A stretch of DNA of 64,000 nucleotides from an uncultured Anaerolineales bacterium (GCA_964521085.1 CAZFPL010000001.1:35469-99468); one strand, 5' to 3'. Positions 8,773 through 18,172 are shown, numbered from the stretch's first letter. Notes: generated from the sequence alone by a model not told the origin. Made by a program: numbers and translations.

Positions 8773-9819
8773 TTAGCATATCCTCGGAAGAAGTTCGCCC
8801 GGCAGCATGTCGATGATCCGCGTGCCGCCGATCGCCGTTCGCAGGTGGACGCGATGATGCGGTTCCTCCACCGCATGGCCGATGGCCGCCGCCTCACTCC
8901 CATAAGGATGCGACCGCATCGCCGCGAGAACCGCATCCGCGTCCTTCTTTGCGACGAATGCCGCCAGCTTGCCCTCGTTGGCGACGTACAGCGGATCGAA
9001 GCCGAGCATTTCGCAGGCCGCGCGCACAGGCCCATGCACGGGGATCGCCTGTTCCTCGAGTTCCACCCCGACCTTGGATTGCGCTGCGATTTCCACCAGC
9101 GTCGTCGCCAGACCGCCGCGGGTCGGATCGCGCAGGACGTGCACCTCGCCGGCGGCGACCATCTTCGCGACAAGATCGTTCAAGGGCGCGACGTCGCTCT
9201 TCAGGTCGGTTTCGAATCCCAGTCCTTCGCGCGCCGAAAGGACCGCGATGCCGTGGTCGCCGACCGCGCCGGAGAGCAGCACCACATCGCCGGGCCGGGC
9301 GCCATCCCCGGTTATCTTTACGCCGGGAACGAGCCGGCCGATGCCGGACGTATTAATAAAGAGGCCGTCCGCCTTGCCGCGTTCCACCACCTTTGTATCC
9401 CCCGCCGCCAAATACACGCCCGCTTCGTTGGCCGCTGCGCGGGCGGAGCGCAGGATGCGGTCGAGCGTTTCCAGCGGCAGCCCTTCCTCGAGGATGCAGC
9501 CGATGCTGAGCGCAACCGGCGTGGCGCCGACCATCGCCAAATCGTTGACGGTCCCGCAAACCGCCAGGCGCCCGATATCGCCGCCGGGGAAGAAGAGCGG
9601 CCGGACGACGTAACTGTCGGTGGTGAAGGCAAGACTACCGGCGCTGAATTCGAGGATCGCCGAATCATCAAGCGAACGGGGCGCGGAATCCCCGAGCGCG
9701 GGCAGGATCACCCGCTCGAGCAAGTCGTGACTCAGCCGGCCGCCCGACCCGTGGCCGAGTACCACACGCTCGCCGGGTTGGAGAGGCAGGGGGCAGGAGA
9801 AGGATTCGAAGTTGGGCAT
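8773..9819 (-). CDS. hypE: Hydrogenase maturation carbamoyl dehydratase HypE
   Basis: GHGSGG, TTDSYVVRPLFFPGGDIG, RDPTRGG, ANEG, C-terminal LPRIC. Confidence 0.96.
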   Translation of the reverse strand: MPNFESFSCPLPLQPGERVVLGHGSGGRLSHDLLERVILPALGDSAPRSLDDSAILEFSAGSLAFTTDSYVVRPLFFPGGDIGRLAVCGTVNDLAMVGATPVALSIGCILEEGLPLETLDRILRSARAAANEAGVYLAAGDTKVVERGKADGLFINTSGIGRLVPGVKITGDGARPGDVVLLSGAVGDHGIAVLSAREGLGFETDLKSDVAPLNDLVAKMVAAGEVHVLRDPTRGGLATTLVEIAAQSKVGVELEEQAIPVHGPVRAACEMLGFDPLYVANEGKLAAFVAKKDADAVLAAMRSHPYGSEAAAIGHAVEEPHHRVHLRTAIGGTRIIDMLPGELLPRIC

Positions 9820-9828
9820 GGAAGCTCC

Positions 9829-9888
9829 CCTCACCCCCCATCCCCCTCTCCCGGATTATTCCGGGAGAGGGGGAGCGAGGGGGTGAGG
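9829..9888. repeat. CCCCTCTCCC-type palindromic element, copy 2 (within the hypD 3' end)
   Basis: CCTCACCCCCCATCCCCCTCTCCCGGA-TTAT-TCCGGGAGAGGGGGAGCGAGGGGGTGAGG. Confidence 0.85.
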
Positions 9889-10964
9889 CGATATCTAAAA
9901 TACGCCGCGCAGGCGCCTTCAGCGCTGACCATCGGCGCGCCAAGCGGACAGGTCGGCGTGCATTCTTTTCCAAATGCCGGGCACTCGAGCGGTTTCTTCA
10001 CGCCCTGCAGCACTAGGCCGGCGATGCACAGGGGCGATTCCTTCGGCGCGATTTGCCCCACGTCGAACCGCTTTTCGGCGTCGAAGGGAGCCAGCACATC
10101 GCGCAGTTTCCAGCCGCTGCCGGGGATCACGCCGATCCCGCGCCAGGCGCGGTCGCATTCGACGAAGGCGCGCCCGATCGCATCCTGCGCGGAGCGGTTT
10201 CCCTCGCGCGAGACGGCCCGCGTATACGCGTTTTCCACTTCGTGACGGCCCCTTTCGAGCTGCCGCACCGCGCCTAATAATCCGCGCAGCAGATCCACCG
10301 GCTCGAAGCCGGTGACGACCATCGGCGCGCGGAACCTCGCCGCAAGCGGTTCATATTCCGTGTATCCCATCACCGTGCACACGTGACCGGCGGCCAGGAA
10401 GGCCTGAACGCGGTTGGTCGGGGAGGAGAGGATGGCTTCGATTGCGGGCGGTACGCGGACATGCGAAACCAGCATCGAAAAATTCCTGAGTCCGCGTTCC
10501 CTGGCCTGCAGAACCGTCATCGCGTTGGGCGGCGCGGTGGTTTCGAATCCGATCGCGAAGAAAACAACCTGCCGGTCCGGATTGGCCTCGGCGATCGTCA
10601 GCGCCTCGAGCGGGGAATACACCACGCGTACATCGCCGCCGCGGGCGCGCACGCCGAACAGGTCCTGCCCCGACCCGGGGACGCGCAGCATGTCGCCGAA
10701 CGAGGTGAAGATCACCTCCGGTCGCGAAGCAATCGCGATCGCGCGGTCGATCTGCTCGAGCGGCGTCACGCACACCGGGCAGCCCGGCCCGTGAACCAGT
10801 TCGATCTGCGCGGGGAGCATTCCGTCGAGGCCGTGCCGCAGGAAGGAATGCGTCTGCCCGCCGCAGATCTCCATGATCGTCCACGGTTTGGTCACCGTCC
10901 GCCGGATCTCTTCCAGCAGGGCGGCGGTCGCCTTCGGGTCGCGGTATTCGTCGAGGTATTTCAT
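9831..10964 (-). CDS. hypD: Hydrogenase maturation protein HypD
   Basis: Start [10 protein letters not shown]; [37 protein letters not shown]. Confidence 0.96.
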   Translation of the reverse strand: MKYLDEYRDPKATAALLEEIRRTVTKPWTIMEICGGQTHSFLRHGLDGMLPAQIELVHGPGCPVCVTPLEQIDRAIAIASRPEVIFTSFGDMLRVPGSGQDLFGVRARGGDVRVVYSPLEALTIAEANPDRQVVFFAIGFETTAPPNAMTVLQARERGLRNFSMLVSHVRVPPAIEAILSSPTNRVQAFLAAGHVCTVMGYTEYEPLAARFRAPMVVTGFEPVDLLRGLLGAVRQLERGRHEVENAYTRAVSREGNRSAQDAIGRAFVECDRAWRGIGVIPGSGWKLRDVLAPFDAEKRFDVGQIAPKESPLCIAGLVLQGVKKPLECPAFGKECTPTCPLGAPMVSAEGACAAYFRYRLTPSLPLSRNNPGEGDGG

Positions 10965-10979
10965 GTTTCTCCGCTGTCC

Positions 10980-11086
10980 TTTCCCCCTTTCCCAGCCTTC
11001 GCCCGGAGGAACACCGGGGCTTCGGCACCCCTCTCCCCCTTCCGGTTTCACGGGAAGGGGGAGAGGGGGAAGGGGCGAGGAGGTTA
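10980..11086. repeat. CCCCTCTCCC-type palindromic element, copy 3 (hypC-hypD spacer)
   Basis: CCCCTCTCCCCCTTCC..GGAAGGGGGAGAGGGG stem plus internal CCCGG-AGGAACA-CCGGG hairpin; abuts the hypC TAA. Confidence 0.8.
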
Positions 11087-11314
11087 GGACAATTCGCCCA
11101 TTTCGCGGAACACCTTCAGCGTCTCCTCGGCTTCGTCGGGAGAAAGCACGTTGAGCGCGAAGCCCGCGTGGACGATCACGTAATCGCCGATCTTCGCTTC
11201 GGGAACGTATGCCAGGCAGGCTTCCTTCACCACGCCGCCGTAATCGATCCGGCCCATGCGCATCGATCCGCTTTCATGGGTATCCAATATTTTTCCAGGC
11301 ACACCAAGGCACAT
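11084..11314 (-). CDS. hypC: Hydrogenase chaperone HypC
   Basis: MCLGVPG N-terminus, [11 protein letters not shown]. Confidence 0.96.
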   Translation of the reverse strand: MCLGVPGKILDTHESGSMRMGRIDYGGVVKEACLAYVPEAKIGDYVIVHAGFALNVLSPDEAEETLKVFREMGELS

Positions 11315-13675
11315 TCAGACCTCCATCATCGCGGCAATCACTGCCTGCCCGAGCGCCAATCCCCCGTCGTTTGTGGGCACGCGGTGGTGAGTGTAAACCT
11401 CGAACCCCGCTTCCCGCAAGGAGCCCGTCGCGAGTTCCAGGAGCAGCGCATTCTGCCACACTCCGCCGGAAAGGACGACCTCGTGGATCCCGCGGCCGGC
11501 CCGGACCGACTCGGCCGCTCGCACCGCGATCGAACGCACCGTGTTGTGGAAGCGGGCTCCGATGCGGGGGGCGGATTCTCCACCCCGCACATCATGGATC
11601 ACCGCATCAAGCAAATCCCGCAGGCGGATGTTTTCCCCGTCGATTTGGAAAGGATACTCGCCCTTCTCGTCCATCCGGCTGCGTGCGAGTTCCTCGAGTT
11701 CGATGGCGCCCTGCGCCTCGTAATCGACCTCGGTGCAAACGCCGCTCAGCGCGGCGACGCAGTCGAACAGCCGCCCCAGGCTTGAGACCGGCGGGGTGTT
11801 CAGGCGGCGTCCCACCTGTGTGCGAACGATCTGCACCTGGCGCGCGGAGACACCGCGCAGAAACGGCAGATCGTCCACCGGCAGGCCGAGAGCCGATGCG
11901 AAGCCGACTGCGATCCGCCACGGATTGCGGGTCGCGGCGTCGCCGCCCGGGAGCGGGAGATATTCCAAATGCAGAACCCGTTCATATCGCCGGTAATCCG
12001 CCGCCAGGATTTCCGCGCCCCAGATTGCGCCATCGGCGCCGTACCCGGTCCCGTCGAAGGCAAGCGCGATCACCGGCTGATCCCCCGCCAGGCCGTTATC
12101 CGCCATGCAGGCGGCCGCATGCGCGTGGTGGTGCTGCACGGCGACGAGCTTGCGCCCGCCGGCATGGTCGCACGCCCAGCGCGTGCCGAGGTATCCGGGA
12201 TGCAGATCATGGGCGATGATCTTCGGCTCGGTATGGAATAGGCGCTGGTAGCGTTCGACCGCCTCCTCGAAGGCGGCGAGTGTTTCCGCGTTTTCCATGT
12301 CGCCGATGTGCGGGCTGAGGAAAGCGTAGCGCCCGCGCGCCAGGCAGAATGCGTTTTTCAATTCGCCGCCGACGGCCAGGATCGGCGGAACGTCGCGCGG
12401 CAGTGAAATCGGCGCGGGTGCATATCCGCGCGATCGGCGCAGGGGTTGTGTTTGTAGGGGCGATCCATGGATCGCCCTCGTTCCCATAGGGAAGACCCGC
12501 ACGACCGAATCATCACAGCGTTGGATGATCTCCCGGTCATGAAGGAGGAACGCGTCCGCCAGCGGCCCGAGCCGCGCGAGCGCCTCATCGTTCCCGATTG
12601 CGATCGGCTCCTCGCTCAGGTTGCCGCTGGTCATCACCAGCGCGGCGGGCGCGGATTCTTGGTCGAGTATCGGATCGCCCTGATGCAGAAGCAGGAGGTG
12701 CAGCGGCGAATAGGGCAGCATCACGCCGAGCGTTCCGTTGGCGGGCGCGACCTCTTCCGCAATCGGACAGGTAGCCCGCCGCCGCAGGATGACGATTGGT
12801 TTCTCCCGCCCGGCCAGCAGTGCGCGCTCAATGTCGTCCATCTCGCAATAGCTTTCCGCCGCGTCCAGGTCGCGGACCATCACGGCGAAGGGTTTGGCGC
12901 TGCGGTGTTTGCGCCTCCGCAGTTCACGGACCGCTTCGGCGTTGACCGCGTCGCACGCCAGGTGGAATCCGCCCATTCCGCGGATGGCCAGGATGCGGCC
13001 TTCGCGCAACAGGCAGCGTGCGGTCAATATTGGTTCATACGGGGATCGGTTTTGTAGGGGCACAGCGTGCTGTGCCCTTTCCGGCAAGGGCACAGCACGC
13101 TGTGCCCCTACCATCCACACCCGCGGCCCGCACGCCTGGCAGGCGACGGGCTGGGCGTCGAATCGGCGGTCGTTTGGATTTTCATATTCCGTTTTGCATT
13201 CCGGGCACATCGCGAACGGCGCCATGCTGGTCCGCGGCCGGTCGTACGGCACATCGCGGATGATCGTCAGGCGCGGACCGCAGTTGGTGCAATTGATGAA
13301 CGGGTAAAGGTAGCGTCGGTCGTCCGGGTCGAGAAGTTCGCGCGCGCAATCGCCGCAAATGGCGATATCCGGCGTGACCGGTTGAAAATCGCCGGGGCGG
13401 GGGACGGAGGCGCGGATCTCGAATGCGGAATACCCGGCTGCCGGGAGGGTCTCCCACTCGAGCGAATCGATGTGCGCCAGGGGCGGTGCTTCGGCGCGCA
13501 GCGCGGCAGTGAACTGATCCAGCTCGGCGGCATCCCCCTCGGCGGTGATCTCGACCGATCCCGAGGTGTTGCATACCCAGCCGCGGATCCCAAGCCGCGC
13601 GGCTAGGTTGTAGACGAACGGCCGGAAGCCGACGCCCTGTACCGTCCCGCTAATGCGGATTCTTCTGGCTTCCAT
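11315..13675 (-). CDS. hypF: Carbamoyltransferase HypF carrying two in-frame REP insertions
   Basis: Acylphosphatase GTVQGVGFRPF, two CxxC zinc fingers, GGFHLACDA, HHHAHA, DGTGYG, NDGGLALGQ. Confidence 0.95.
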   Translation of the reverse strand: MEARRIRISGTVQGVGFRPFVYNLAARLGIRGWVCNTSGSVEITAEGDAAELDQFTAALRAEAPPLAHIDSLEWETLPAAGYSAFEIRASVPRPGDFQPVTPDIAICGDCARELLDPDDRRYLYPFINCTNCGPRLTIIRDVPYDRPRTSMAPFAMCPECKTEYENPNDRRFDAQPVACQACGPRVWMVGAQRAVPLPERAQHAVPLQNRSPYEPILTARCLLREGRILAIRGMGGFHLACDAVNAEAVRELRRRKHRSAKPFAVMVRDLDAAESYCEMDDIERALLAGREKPIVILRRRATCPIAEEVAPANGTLGVMLPYSPLHLLLLHQGDPILDQESAPAALVMTSGNLSEEPIAIGNDEALARLGPLADAFLLHDREIIQRCDDSVVRVFPMGTRAIHGSPLQTQPLRRSRGYAPAPISLPRDVPPILAVGGELKNAFCLARGRYAFLSPHIGDMENAETLAAFEEAVERYQRLFHTEPKIIAHDLHPGYLGTRWACDHAGGRKLVAVQHHHAHAAACMADNGLAGDQPVIALAFDGTGYGADGAIWGAEILAADYRRYERVLHLEYLPLPGGDAATRNPWRIAVGFASALGLPVDDLPFLRGVSARQVQIVRTQVGRRLNTPPVSSLGRLFDCVAALSGVCTEVDYEAQGAIELEELARSRMDEKGEYPFQIDGENIRLRDLLDAVIHDVRGGESAPRIGARFHNTVRSIAVRAAESVRAGRGIHEVVLSGGVWQNALLLELATGSLREAGFEVYTHHRVPTNDGGLALGQAVIAAMMEV
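12454..12478. repeat. GTAG-type REP singlet inside hypF
   Basis: GTAG followed by perfect 20-bp palindrome GGGCGATCCATGGATCGCCC. Confidence 0.75.
13054..13111. repeat. GTAG-type REP doublet (REPIN-like) inside hypF
   Basis: GTAGGGGCACAGCGTGCTGTGCCCT and its exact reverse complement separated by 8 bp. Confidence 0.88.
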
Positions 13676-14324
13676 GCTTCACTTGCCCGACGATCCAATC
13701 CGCAAACGCGGGGAGGCCTTCGCCGGTCCGGCACGAAAGCGGGAAGGAGGCCAGCCCCGGGTTGAGGGCTTCCACGCCGCGGCGGAAGTAATCCATATTG
13801 AAAGGAACATAGGGAAGCAGGTCGGTCTTGTTGATCACCAGCGCCTGCACGCCGCGGTACATGCCGGGATATTTATAGGGTTTGTCGTCGCCTTCGGGGA
13901 TCGATGCGATGAGCAGGTTGAGATGCGTGCCGAGTTTGAACGCGGCCGGACAGACCAGGTTGCCGACGTTCTCCACAATCAGCAAGTCGATTCGCTCGAG
14001 GGGTAGAGAACCGAGCGCGCCGCGGACCATCACCGCGTCCAGGTGGCACTCGCCGCCGGTGTTGATCTGCACCGCCGGGATCCCGGCCGCAGCCGCCTTG
14101 TCGGCGTCGATCGATCCGGCCAGGTCGCCCTCGATCACGCCCAGCCGCAGGCGGCCTTGCAGCGCTTCGAGAGTCGCCAGGATCAGGCTGGTCTTCCCCG
14201 CACCGGGTGATGCCATCAGGTTGACGGCAAACACGCCGGCCGCATCCAAGGTGGCGCGATTTTCCTCGGCGACCTTGTCGTTGGCGGAAAGAATGTTTTC
14301 GACGATCGGGACGGTTTGCGGCAT
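13650..14324 (-). CDS. hypB: Hydrogenase nickel incorporation GTPase HypB
   Basis: Start MPQTVPIVENIL; SPGAGKT, CHLDA, ENVGNLVCPA, EGDDKP, NKTD. Confidence 0.96.
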   Translation of the reverse strand: MPQTVPIVENILSANDKVAEENRATLDAAGVFAVNLMASPGAGKTSLILATLEALQGRLRLGVIEGDLAGSIDADKAAAAGIPAVQINTGGECHLDAVMVRGALGSLPLERIDLLIVENVGNLVCPAAFKLGTHLNLLIASIPEGDDKPYKYPGMYRGVQALVINKTDLLPYVPFNMDYFRRGVEALNPGLASFPLSCRTGEGLPAFADWIVGQVKHGSQKNPH

Positions 14325-14342
14325 GATGATCCTTATCTGTCC

Positions 14343-14450
14343 TAACCCCCTCACCCCGCCTTCGCTCCGGAAGAGCACCGGAGCTTGCGGCACCCCTCTC
14401 CCCCTTCCCCTTATGGGGAAGGGGGAGAGGGGCAGGGGGAGCGGGGGTTA
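14343..14450. repeat. CCCCTCTCCC-type palindromic element, copy 4 (hypA-hypB spacer)
   Basis: Termini TAACCCCC...GGGGGTTA; core stem with TTAT loop; internal GCTCCGG-AAGAGCA-CCGGAGC hairpin. Confidence 0.85.
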
Positions 14451-14795
14451 GGATGGTTCAACCTCGATGCTCTCCACGGTCATCTCATCGCCGGCGATGA
14501 TCCGGAAGCGTTCGGATCGGCACTTCGGGCAGGCGAAGGAATCCTTGGGAAGTGCGAATTCGGTCGCGCAATCCAGGCACAGCGCGCGCGCCGGAACGCG
14601 TTCAAAGCGCAGTTCGGCCTTCTCGGCGATCGTATCCGCGGCGATCAGGTCCCAGTAGAAGCGGATCGAATCGTCGACCAGGCTCGAAAGCTGGCCGAGT
14701 TTGATCGTGATCGCGCTCACCCGGCCGGCGTTGGCCCGCCCGGCATGATCGAGCGTGATCCGTAAAATACTTTCGGTGACGGCCATCTCGTGCAT
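14448..14795 (-). CDS. hypA: Hydrogenase maturation nickel chaperone HypA
   Basis: MHE N-terminus, CLDC and CPKC zinc site, GDEM.VESIEV. Confidence 0.96.
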   Translation of the reverse strand: MHEMAVTESILRITLDHAGRANAGRVSAITIKLGQLSSLVDDSIRFYWDLIAADTIAEKAELRFERVPARALCLDCATEFALPKDSFACPKCRSERFRIIAGDEMTVESIEVEPS

Positions 14796-15221
14796 AATAA
14801 TTCGGACAAATTATATCAGATAATTAGAGGAGGGGAAACAAGTAGTATGCGGATTTTCGTAGGGAGTGGAAGCACATATTAGCGAGGACGAAAAACTATG
14901 GACAATACACAATTTACGAGGTGCCATCCAGAAAAAACCTATGTAATTTATTGGATAAAAGGCTGGAATAAGTATGGAATGAGGTTTAATGTAAAATCAT
15001 GAGCCATATTGGATTGGGCGAACGTGCTGCTGGTCTATTCTTGTTGAGGGATTATCGAAAAAGAATGGCGCGGAGTTTGCAGGAATAATCGGTTGGTTGA
15101 TATCTTCCTGGACGGGGCGTTATGGACGAGCGTAATTTGGAAATTGCGGGTGGAAGACCGGGCTTGAAACTTGCTTCCGATAACAAACGTAAACGACATC
15201 ATATGCAAGGAGGAATGGAAA

Positions 15222-15677
15222 ATGGAATCCGGGGATATTCGATCCATTATTCAGGAAAACCGGAAGGAGCACGAGCGTCTCCGGCGGCTTGTCGACCGGC
15301 TGACGGATGCCGAACTCCGGCGTTCCATGGATGCGGGCTGGACGGTCGCCGCGACGCTGGCGCATCTTGCGTTTTGGGATACGCGCGCCATCCTGTTGAT
15401 CGAAAAATGGAAGCGCGAGGGGATCGGACCCTCGCCCGCGGATACGGACATCATTAACGATTCGGCACGGGAATTATGCATGGCGATACCGCCGGAAGCG
15501 TCGGCCGATCTGGCGGTGGAAAAATCACTCGCCATCAACCGGGTGATAGAAAGCCTTACGCCCGAAATGATGGAACAAATTCAAACCACCGGCACGGCGG
15601 TCCATTTAACGCGATTCGAACACAAACGGATGCATCGGGAAGATATCGAACGAATTCTAGGGAAGGAGAGGGAATGA
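15222..15677 (+). CDS. DinB/mycothiol-dependent maleylpyruvate isomerase N-terminal-like protein
   Basis: GWTVAATLAHLAFWD and H..HREDI motifs; AGGAGG SD 8 nt before the ATG at 15222. Confidence 0.75.
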   Translation: MESGDIRSIIQENRKEHERLRRLVDRLTDAELRRSMDAGWTVAATLAHLAFWDTRAILLIEKWKREGIGPSPADTDIINDSARELCMAIPPEASADLAVEKSLAINRVIESLTPEMMEQIQTTGTAVHLTRFEHKRMHREDIERILGKERE

Positions 15678-18073
15678 ACCGAAGTCGATTTTTTACGACA
15701 TCGATCTGCCTCGCAGCATTTTTTCTGATGAACGGGTTTTGTCCGCCTTCCGCAGCGGAAGCCGGAGGAACGGCTGCTGTGCGGAATGCAAATGACGGAT
15801 CGCACGCTTTATTGGGCGATATCACGGCTATCGCGGCGGGAGGGTTTCACACCTGCGCGCTCACCACGGGCGGCGGAGTCAAATGCTGGGGCCCCGTTGG
15901 AGTAAATGGCATTCCGAAGGGCGAGACCGAGAAAATAGCAAGCAACGTGGCGGAAGATGTGCCCGGTCTCGGTAGCGGCATTACGGCGATCACGGCCGGG
16001 AGGAATCATACCTGCGCGCTCACCGCCGGCGGCGGGGTCAAATGCTGGGGCGCCAATGGGTTCGGCGAATTGGGAAACGGTCCGCACGAAGGCTCCCGCT
16101 GGCCGGTGGAAGTGACCGGGCTTTCGAGCGGAGTGAAAGCCATTGCGGCCGGAGGGGATCATACTTGCGCGCTCACGTCTCAGGGGGGAGTCAAATGCTG
16201 GGGCGAGAATCAATCCGGCGAGTTGGGGGTGAGCAGGAGTGTTTCCCATAACACGCCGGTGGATGTCGTCGGCATGGAAAGCGGTGTCGCGGCGATTGCG
16301 GCCGGGGATATTCACAACTGCACGCTCACCACCGGCGGCGGGGTCAAATGCTGGGGCGCGAACAGCGACGGCCGTCTTGGCGATGGCACGACCGAGGATT
16401 CGTACCAGCCGGTGGATGTGGTCGGCTTGGAAAGCGGTGTCACGGCGATTGCGGCCGGCTTTTCAACCATGTGCGCGGTCACCACTGCCGGCGGCTTGAA
16501 ATGCTGGGGAATGGAAACCGTAGGCTTACCCGGCAATCCCATTCCCGGGATTCACAATATACCCACGGATGTACCGGGGTTGGAAAACGGCATTCTTGCG
16601 GTCGCCATGAACTATGGAACCATCTGCGTACTTGGGAAAAGCGGCGGGGTCAAATGCTGGGGGAGGAATCCATACCAAAAAACGATCGAGACGCCCATGG
16701 ATATCAAAGGATTGACGAGCGGTGTCGCCGCGATCGCTTCGGGAGACCGCCATACGTGCGCGGTTACGAAGGATGGAGGGGTTAAATGCTGGGGGGATAA
16801 TACCTACGACCAGCTGGGGAACGGCACGACCGGGGATACCCGAGAGCTCACGCCGGTAGATGTTCGTGGATTTGCGGAACCCGTTTCCGGGATCGTTCTC
16901 GGCGTGGCGCATACCTGCGTGATTGCGAAGGATGGGAACGTGCAATGCGTGGGGGCCAACTGGTCCGGCCAGCTGGGCGACGGCACGACCGAGGAACACA
17001 CCATGCCGGTGAAGGCGGTCGGTTTGGGAAGCGGCGTCCGGCAAGTGACGGCCGGATACGATTTCACCTGCGCGCTGACGGCGTATTGGGCGGTCAAATG
17101 CTGGGGCGAAAATGAGAATGGCCAGCTGGGGGATGGATCGCTTGCGGACCAACATATACCGGTGGATGTGGACCGTATGTCCCATGGGATCTGGAGTATA
17201 GCCGCCGGCGCAAGCCACGCCTGCGCGCTCACGGATCAGGGGGAAGTCGAATGCTGGGGGGATAACTATCAAGGCCAGCTGGGGGATGGGACTACCATCA
17301 GCGCCAGCCATCCGCTGAAAATAAAGGAACTCGCCTCCGGCGTGCAGGCGATTACGGCCGGGATGCGTCACACCTGCGCTCTCATGCCGGCCCGCGGCGT
17401 CAAATGCTGGGGCGGAAACGATTACGGCCAGCTTGGCGATGGAACAAACATACAGCGGGCAACACCTGTGGATGTGGCGGGTTTACAGGAGCCTGTCACG
17501 GCGATTGCCGCAGGGCCCGATTTTACCTGCGCGCTCACCTCTTCCGGGGGAGTCAAATGCTGGGGTGCCAATCGGGATGGAGAACTCGGCGATGGGACAT
17601 TCACTTCCCGCAGCCTGCCGGTGGATGTGACCGGCCTTGCAGGCAGTGTGAACGCGATCGCCGCCGGATACAGTCACGCTTGTGCGCTGACGGCGGACGG
17701 CGGGGTCGAATGCTGGGGGCGCAATGCGGACGGCCAATTGGGCGATGGCACCATCGAAAACCGGAACACGGCGGTCGAAGTGTTCGGATTAACGAGCGGC
17801 ATTGTAAAAATCGCGGCCGGGGGAGCGCACACCTGCGCCATTACGAAAAACGGAGGAGTTAAATGCTGGGGATCTATTGACTATGGCAGAGACGACATGA
17901 GCATGGGCGAACCGACGGGTGTGTTGGACGGTCCGATCCAGCCCATTCCGTCAGTGCTGCTGATCGCAACAGGCATCCTGGCCGTGGTGATTGTTTTCCT
18001 TGGGGTGCTTCTTTTCCTGTGGAGAAGAAAGGCTCCCACGAGCGGCGCCAAGCCCGCCAAAGTTGCTTCCTGA
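15674..18073 (+). CDS. RCC1/BLIP-II-like repeat surface protein (two propellers, signal peptide, C-terminal TM anchor)
   Basis: About 14 repeats of AG..HTCALT..GGVKCWG.N..GQLG; N-terminal signal ending AEA; C-terminal hydrophobic helix followed by RRK. Confidence 0.88.
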   Translation: MNRSRFFTTSICLAAFFLMNGFCPPSAAEAGGTAAVRNANDGSHALLGDITAIAAGGFHTCALTTGGGVKCWGPVGVNGIPKGETEKIASNVAEDVPGLGSGITAITAGRNHTCALTAGGGVKCWGANGFGELGNGPHEGSRWPVEVTGLSSGVKAIAAGGDHTCALTSQGGVKCWGENQSGELGVSRSVSHNTPVDVVGMESGVAAIAAGDIHNCTLTTGGGVKCWGANSDGRLGDGTTEDSYQPVDVVGLESGVTAIAAGFSTMCAVTTAGGLKCWGMETVGLPGNPIPGIHNIPTDVPGLENGILAVAMNYGTICVLGKSGGVKCWGRNPYQKTIETPMDIKGLTSGVAAIASGDRHTCAVTKDGGVKCWGDNTYDQLGNGTTGDTRELTPVDVRGFAEPVSGIVLGVAHTCVIAKDGNVQCVGANWSGQLGDGTTEEHTMPVKAVGLGSGVRQVTAGYDFTCALTAYWAVKCWGENENGQLGDGSLADQHIPVDVDRMSHGIWSIAAGASHACALTDQGEVECWGDNYQGQLGDGTTISASHPLKIKELASGVQAITAGMRHTCALMPARGVKCWGGNDYGQLGDGTNIQRATPVDVAGLQEPVTAIAAGPDFTCALTSSGGVKCWGANRDGELGDGTFTSRSLPVDVTGLAGSVNAIAAGYSHACALTADGGVECWGRNADGQLGDGTIENRNTAVEVFGLTSGIVKIAAGGAHTCAITKNGGVKCWGSIDYGRDDMSMGEPTGVLDGPIQPIPSVLLIATGILAVVIVFLGVLLFLWRRKAPTSGAKPAKVAS

Positions 18074-18157
18074 TTGCCGGGGGAGCCTTCTCCCAAGGTC
18101 ATGAAGTAACGTGACATGTGTGTGGATTCTTTCTCGAGCTGACACTCCGAAAGGTTG

Positions 18158-18172
18158 GACCATCGACCATGG
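18158..18172. repeat. Heptamer-repeat arm (left), inverted partner of 18592-18606
   Basis: GACCATCGACCATGG is the exact reverse complement of CCATGGTCGATGGTC. Confidence 0.7.

Noticed and set aside
8713-10245. Long opposite-strand ORFs (also 23930..26044, 59502..61328, 61402..62811, 4281..5483 and others)
   Set aside because: They are antisense shadows of well-supported genes in GC-rich DNA and show no recognisable motifs.
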